Source: Octopus sinensis (taxonomy: Eukaryota). From it: 64,000 nucleotides of DNA. Below are positions 61,477 to 64,000 of this stretch, in pieces. Both the position numbers and the translations under genes were made by a program. The stretch lies in the NCBI RefSeq assembly GCF_006345805.1, contig NW_021833803.1, positions 4,550-68,549 on the forward strand, given 5' to 3'. Position 1 is the stretch's first letter. Every line of letters starts with the position of its first letter. A model generated the notes under the pieces. That model made no database searches and was not told the origin of the DNA. It worked only from the letters and a program-made list of their open reading frames with translations.

Positions 61477-64000
61477 TAAAAATTATAGGTTAACCATTTC
61501 TTTATATTAAAAATAATTAAAAATTTTCCAAAAAAATTTTCTAAAAACGCAAGTAATTTTTTATCAAAAAAATTTAGTATTTTTACCAGTAATTTTTAAT
61601 CAAATAAATTTAGTATTTTTACCAGTAATTTTTATTATATTCTAACTACAGAGATGACCTAAAATAGCAAAAATTGAACACCTAAAAGTCAATCATGTTG
61701 ATTAAAAAACAAAAGATGACAAAATGTAGATCTAAAAAGTTTCGGCAATAATTTTTTTAAATCATATAATATTTGACGTTTTCGGCTTTAAAATTTCCGA
61801 CTTTTGCCCTCAATGTTATGAAAAATTAAAACAAACGTTCCACCAAAAATGTAGTGATCTAGCATTAAACTAGTCACAACTCTTCCAAAAACAAAAAATT
61901 GCATTTGAAATTTTTAGATTTTCATTCAAATTTATTTTTAATAGATTTTTTATTTTACAATTATTTTCTTCTAGATCGAATATTCTCAGAAAATGGAGGC
62001 AATTGGACTATTTACTAGAGAGTAATTTAGTTTTATCATTAAAACACGATTGTAAATAAAATGTGCAATAGCAAAAAGACTTGAAAATCCAAAAATGTGC
62101 AGTAAGATATTACGTGGAACATGTTATTTTCTCAATAAAAATGTTTACATATTTTTTTACCGATGTTAGTCTCATTTATAATAAAAACATCTTTTCATTA
62201 ATTAACAATTCGATTATTTCATTAACGCGTCTTTCCCTCAAAACTTTGACACTGTTTTGACATTTTGATTTTAATATTTTCTGAAACAAATGTTTGAGTT
62301 AGATTTTGTGAAAAATCATTTGTACCAACAGTAGAGGGAAGAAACGTTTGAATACTCTTTTTAGGTTTGATAATACATAACATATGTTTTTATATAAATC
62401 TGTGTTTCTTAAAAACCATTTTTTACTGAATTTTACTCAAGTGTCGGTTAAATTACAAAATAAAGGTCCACCAAAAGTAATTGAAAATCCATTTGAAAAT
62501 TCTTGGATAATTTCTGAGTCTTTCGAATGAGTAAAAAAACTTTAAAATAAAAGCTTGTTTGAAACGTAAAATGTATTTCTAGTATTTTTATAACAGAATG
62601 ATTATCTTTTGAAGTTGACTTCATTTGTTTTTGATTGCTTTTACTCTTTAAAATCATGAATCAGGATCCGAAATGAGCAATAGCTTTAATTCTGATTATA
62701 GATTAATATTTAAACGATTATTGAACAAATCACTCATCGCTCTTCTAAAATCCGCTCTTCTTATGCAAAAAAATAAATGGGTTTATAAGCTTCAGAATTT
62801 TATTTGAGTTAATTTCATTGACCAAACAATCAAATTTAAAATTTAGCCTCAAATTTAAAATTTAAAAAGAAATTGAATTTTTTTTCTTATTGCGGACGCG
62901 TGTGTATAATTTTTTTTATTGCGGTCGATATGATTTAATTATTAACAGTTAATAAGAGGCCATTATTTAGTGTTCAAACGAGACATTTGAATTTGAGGAT
63001 TGTGTTTCCCTTGTATTAGTATTGAAACTGTTTTACTTTGGCAAATGTTATTCGTTTAAAGACTTAAAATTTTTTAACATTTAGAGGTGTATACATTTGT
63101 AACATACTACTGACAAAAATTGAACAAAAAACCCTTCACGACTTATCTTAACCAATTTTCTAATTGATAGAATTATTTGTAGAAATCTAAATGAATTCGC
63201 ATCTGTCAAATTAATTATAGTAAGCAAACAAGATTCTTCAAAATTGACTAAGGATACTGAACAGATTGTAAATTAAATATACAGTTGACGCAGTTAATAA
63301 AAATTCTGTAAAATTTGAATACAATTTGAAAAATGATATTGACTCGAGAGACTAGATTATAAATATACCGGCAAATATCTTATCATGTATCAAAATAATG
63401 GATTCGTATTAAATTAAAATAGAAAAAACAATACTAATTAAAATGATATGAAAACGACAAGTTACATCTACAAATATTATTAACATATGTCTCACAAATA
63501 AAGTGTAAATCTCCAAAAAACTGCAAACCGTGAATTTAAGACCATTGACATGGAAATGATTCAGATTCTGAATTTAATCAGGTATTAATAAAAAAAATGT
63601 ATTTTGTTTCATTGTCTGATTTTTTTAATTACTAATTAGCGGTCTATTGCCAGATTATCAAATCACTGGTTTTAAATACCACAAGCACAAAAAAGTTGGA
63701 AAACACTAGACTAAATACTAAAAAAGCTGACCAGATCTCTTAAAAAATGTAATACACAGTAATTAAAAAAATCATAATTATATTTTTTCTAATTTAGCAA
63801 CAAAGAATCCATCTACATTATGAACATGAGGGTAATAACGACGAGTCAAAGACATAGACGGATGGAATTTATAATGCTTGAATCTAAAAATATAATATAA
63901 TTTTTTTATAAAACTACTTTTTAAATCCAGAATCCCCAAAATCCAAACCAGTAGAGACGAGACGAACTTTCCGATTGTTTAAGGCGTATTGAACCACATC

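Noticed and set aside
61900-63700. Possible further micro-intron genes at the right end
   Set aside because: There are short open stretches, but I could not derive a consistent spliced frame or a recognisable motif.

Overview
AT-rich eukaryotic (metazoan) genomic DNA with extreme intron miniaturisation (most introns 20-35 nt) and a heavy load of nested transposable elements. Host genes could only be read by splicing by hand: a divergent eIF3L (-), arginine kinase (-), TMEM121-like (-), tRNA-Val(CAC), mitochondrial OSGEPL1/Qri7 (-), an SLK/STK10-like STE20 kinase (+), an SLC6 transporter (-), and two inverted copies of a small secreted LRR-like gene. The micro-introns suggest a reduced parasite such as a myxozoan, dicyemid or orthonectid, but this is inference and the taxon cannot be fixed from the sequence. 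Mobile DNA includes a Ginger-type element, Tc1, an IS630-like family, several pogo derivatives, a Buster-type hAT, MITEs, RTE, Jockey/I-like, CRE and R4/Dong-like non-LTR elements, and three non-autonomous Helitrons that each carry a homogenised ~94-bp minisatellite. The most notable observations are: (1) apparent GT-TG introns in arginine kinase and in both LRR paralogs, plus GC-AG introns; (2) the Helitron-minisatellite system, whose unit translates to a PIF1-helicase-like motif and shows edge-lagging concerted evolution; (3) an in-frame Helitron/LINE-ORF1 chimera; (4) an intact, spliced pogo ORF lacking the DDE domain; (5) retroelements resembling microsporidian families. Residual homopolymer errors in the assembly are likely and are the main caveat.
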